DNA from: Brooklawnia sp.
GTDB taxonomy: Bacteria; Actinomycetota; Actinomycetes; Propionibacteriales; Propionibacteriaceae
Length of the DNA: 50,381 bases
Reading direction: 5' to 3'
Assembly: GCA_050943675.1 (NCBI GenBank)
Contig: JBMNPP010000001.1
Location: 1-50,381, forward strand
In this document: positions 47,721 to 50,381 of the stretch, piece after piece
Layout of the letters: every line of letters starts with the position of its first letter
How positions within the stretch are numbered: the first letter of the stretch is position 1
Notes under the pieces: model-generated
Seen by the model: only the letters and a program-made list of their open reading frames with translations
Database searches by the model: none
What the model was told of the DNA's origin: nothing
Made by a program: the position numbers and the translations under genes

Positions 47721-48979
47721 CGGTACCTCCGCAGCGGTTGGCTCAGACCCGCACCGGCAGCCAGCGCGGCCGCCACCATGCCGATAGCGATCCACACCAG
47801 CGCACCCTGGACGGTGCTGGCGTGCTCGGTCAACTGGGCGTCCAGCCCGGCACCGATCTGGGTCGACTGGGTGGCCAGCCAGTTCACCAGCTCGTCATAG
47901 GGCTGCTGGGCGGCCTGCACCAGTGCGGCGTGGTTCTCGGCCTCGGGCCCGGCAGCCACCAGCTGGTCATGTGCCTCGACCATCGCGGCCAGTTGGGCAT
48001 CCATGCCGTCAGCCGATGCCTGCGGCAATTGGCTGAGCATCTCGCCAGCCAGGCTGGTCGCGGCCTGGTAGTCGGCCGCCCCTGCAGAGGTCTCGGTGAT
48101 GCCCAACAGCATGCGGCCCTCGGTGGCCTTCGCCTGCGCGACCGAGGCATAGGCCTGCCCCACTGCGGTGGCCTGGGACACCTGGTTGGTGCGGACGTCG
48201 CTGATGCTGGCGGTGCTCGTGGTGACCATCTGGGTGATGATCACCCACAAGGTGACGTTGATCGCCAGCGAGATGAGCAGGCCCAGGTTCAGCACCCGGC
48301 GGGTGCGGCGGGCCACCACGACCATCGCGGCGACGGTCAGCACGATGGGTATTGCCAGCAGCACGCTCAACCAGCGCTGGTCGCTGATCGATACCTCCAG
48401 CCAACTGAGGTTGTCCGACATCTGGGTGTCGAGCATCGGCACCAGTTCGCCGTGGAGTTGCTCGCTGGCGCTGGCCATCGCGGCATCCGAACCCGTGACC
48501 ATGCCCCGGTTCAGTGCGGCGCTGTAGCTGACCAGGGCACCGCTGATCTCGCTGAGTGCGTCACCGTCCTGGGGACGGGCAGCCCCGGCGCGGGTGAGCT
48601 GGTTGGCGGCCGAACCCAGCAGCCCGACATAGGCGTCATCGGCCTCGGTGTCGGGGCTGGCCAGCAGCAGCGCCTGGGTGGCTGACGCCTCCGCGGCCAG
48701 CACGTCACCCTTGACCGACTGAAGGCGCAGCACCTGCTGGGCGGCGTTATTCACCTGCAGCAACGAATCACGGTTGTCGTTGAGCACCAGCGGCCCGATC
48801 ACGGCGGCTGCCAGGCAGGCCAGCACCACCAGCACCCGCCACAACCCCAGCAAGGTCGAGGTCGTCATGGGCCGCTTCTCGGTTTGCGTACCCGGCTTTG
48901 GCGCGAGCCGGCCGCTGGCCTTCGGTGGGGCAGTTGGCGCGGGTCGGGTGCGGGCGGGCTGCGGCATCTGCTGGGTCAC
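47717..48979 (-). CDS. GlnX-like membrane protein (4 TM, two extracytoplasmic helical-bundle domains)
   Basis: TM-helical-TM-RRTRRVLNLGL-TM-helical-TM-QPLRRYR layout, located upstream of a PknG-like kinase. Confidence 0.7.
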   Translation of the reverse strand: MTQQMPQPARTRPAPTAPPKASGRLAPKPGTQTEKRPMTTSTLLGLWRVLVVLACLAAAVIGPLVLNDNRDSLLQVNNAAQQVLRLQSVKGDVLAAEASATQALLLASPDTEADDAYVGLLGSAANQLTRAGAARPQDGDALSEISGALVSYSAALNRGMVTGSDAAMASASEQLHGELVPMLDTQMSDNLSWLEVSISDQRWLSVLLAIPIVLTVAAMVVVARRTRRVLNLGLLISLAINVTLWVIITQMVTTSTASISDVRTNQVSQATAVGQAYASVAQAKATEGRMLLGITETSAGAADYQAATSLAGEMLSQLPQASADGMDAQLAAMVEAHDQLVAAGPEAENHAALVQAAQQPYDELVNWLATQSTQIGAGLDAQLTEHASTVQGALVWIAIGMVAAALAAGAGLSQPLRRYR

Positions 48980-50381
48980 GATTCGCTTCCCGTCGTCCGG
49001 GGCTCGTCAACCGCCTCATCGGCAGGTTGGGCCGGGGTGGGCGCTGTCGGTGCCAGTTCGTCGCCCGGCTCCATCACCTGACCGGCCAGGATGTCCGCCG
49101 GCAGCAGGACGCGCAACTGCTCGATGGTCGGCGAATGCTCGTCGCGCAACCGCCAGGCCTGCTGGCCGATCGCGGCCTCCAGCATGTTGCGGCAGTACCG
49201 TCCGTTGCCGAAGGTGTCGTCCTTGATCTGTTTCGACAGGTCGAACTTGAAGGCGTCCAGGGCCCCCTCGGCCAGGTCGTAATCTGCCTTGTCGACCATC
49301 TGGGTGAAGATCTGCACCAGTTCGTCGTCGGTGTAGTCAGCGAATTCGATGGTGGTGCGGAAGCGGCTGGTCAGGCCCGGGTTCTCGGCGATGAAGGTGG
49401 CCATCGGTGCCGGGTAACCCGCAACGATCACGACCAGGTCGTCGCGGTTGTCCTCCATCTCTTTGACCAGGGTGTTGATGGCCTCTTCACCGTATTGGTC
49501 ACCGGACAGCGAATACGCTTCGTCGATGAACAGCACCCCACCGATTGCCGACTCGCAAACCTCCGCCGTCTTCAGTGCTGTCTGGCCCAGGTAGCCGGCC
49601 ACCAGTTCGGAGCGGTCGACCTCGACCAGTTGGCCCTTGCTCAGCAGCCCGAGCGCCTTGTAGATGCCTGCCACCAGGCGGGCGACCGTGGTCTTGCCGG
49701 TGCCCGGGTTGCCGACGAAAACCAGGTGCCGGGTCATGGTGGGCACCTTCAGACCGGCCTCGGCGCGCTTGGCCTGGACGGCCAGCACCGCAGCCTGCCG
49801 CTTGATCTCGGCCTTCACTTCCTTCAGGCCGATCAGCTCGTCGAGTTCGGCGAGCAGTTCATCAACGCTGCGCTGGTCCTCCTCGACGACCGGTTCTGTT
49901 GCCGGGGTTTCCGGTTCAGCGGGGGCAGCGGCGGTCGGCTGGGCTCCGGTCAACCCCGGGATGCCTGGGTCGCCGGGTTGCCCGGCGTGGGGTTGCGGTG
50001 CGTGGCCGGGGTTCACCATCGGCGAGTTGCGCATTTCCTGGATGCGGGCCTGGTTGGCCGCCATCTGGTCGAGCACTGCCGAGAAGGCGGCATCGCCCAC
50101 CCTGGTGAAATCTTCCATCGCCTTCAGGCGGTCCTGCGATTCCTGCAGCCGGGCCAGCAGGTCGGGGCTGAGCCCGCCAACATTGCCCGGCACATCGTCC
50201 AGGGTTGATACCGGCAATTGGGCACCCGGACGCCCGGACCCGGATTGCGCGGCAGCCGCGGCTGCGGCCAAACCTGCAACCTGCGCGGTGGGTTGACCCA
50301 GCGTTGTCGCTGCCGAGATGACTGCGCCCAGCGCGGCGGAATAGTCCTGCGCGCGGCCGGGCAAGGTGTTGTGCAACTGTG
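48976..50381 (-). CDS. CbbX/SpoVK-family AAA+ ATPase; 5' end beyond the window
   Basis: LIGLKEVK, HLVFVGNPGTGKTT Walker A, LFIDEAY Walker B, AGY, NPGLTSRF, FGNGR. Confidence 0.92.
   Translation of the reverse strand, partial: QLHNTLPGRAQDYSAALGAVISAATTLGQPTAQVAGLAAAAAAAQSGSGRPGAQLPVSTLDDVPGNVGGLSPDLLARLQESQDRLKAMEDFTRVGDAAFSAVLDQMAANQARIQEMRNSPMVNPGHAPQPHAGQPGDPGIPGLTGAQPTAAAPAEPETPATEPVVEEDQRSVDELLAELDELIGLKEVKAEIKRQAAVLAVQAKRAEAGLKVPTMTRHLVFVGNPGTGKTTVARLVAGIYKALGLLSKGQLVEVDRSELVAGYLGQTALKTAEVCESAIGGVLFIDEAYSLSGDQYGEEAINTLVKEMEDNRDDLVVIVAGYPAPMATFIAENPGLTSRFRTTIEFADYTDDELVQIFTQMVDKADYDLAEGALDAFKFDLSKQIKDDTFGNGRYCRNMLEAAIGQQAWRLRDEHSPTIEQLRVLLPADILAGQVMEPGDELAPTAPTPAQPADEAVDEPRTTGSES

Noticed and set aside
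48976-50381. Type VII secretion EccA or Rubisco activase CbbX
   Set aside because: Same AAA family, but no ESX/WXG100/FtsK or Rubisco genes are in the window, and the gene is coupled to the kinase operon.

Overview
High-GC actinobacterial chromosome segment, Propionibacteriales-like by gene content (inference). It falls into five blocks. (1) 1-23.7 kb: a large Wzx/Wzy-type surface-polysaccharide locus that continues off the left edge. It has an unusually rich tailoring set: an adenylation enzyme, an ACP, a Ser-less ACP-like protein, AsnB, a NadE-like amidoligase, a second AsnB-like protein, three paralogous 'FFGHQSVG' SGNH-like domains, an FrhB-like reductase, a pyruvyltransferase, two acetyltransferases, two exported beta-helix proteins and a Wzz-Wzy fusion. 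(2) 23.8-28 kb: housekeeping genes (serB, purA, DsbA/FrnE, queuosine-precursor transporter). (3) 28-35 kb: an accessory patch with a NYN-LOTUS protein plus a decayed partial duplicate, a GH15 relic, a racemase, DoxX, a pRiA4b ORF3 protein, a lipoprotein/secreted pair with a frameshift and an orphan GT2. An 80-bp palindromic element occurs twice here and once at 36.6 kb. (4) 36.7-41.2 kb: a Tat-less molybdopterin oxidoreductase operon (catalytic subunit, 4Fe-4S subunit, 46-aa membrane peptide absent from the ORF track, NrfD anchor). (5) 41.4 kb to the right edge: an operon of AAA ATPase, GlnX-like membrane protein, helical protein, PknG-like kinase, PP2C and vWA. Its likely FHA partner lies on the far side of the Mo operon. 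No rRNA, tRNA, CRISPR array or transposase was seen. All assignments come from motif reading, not database searches.
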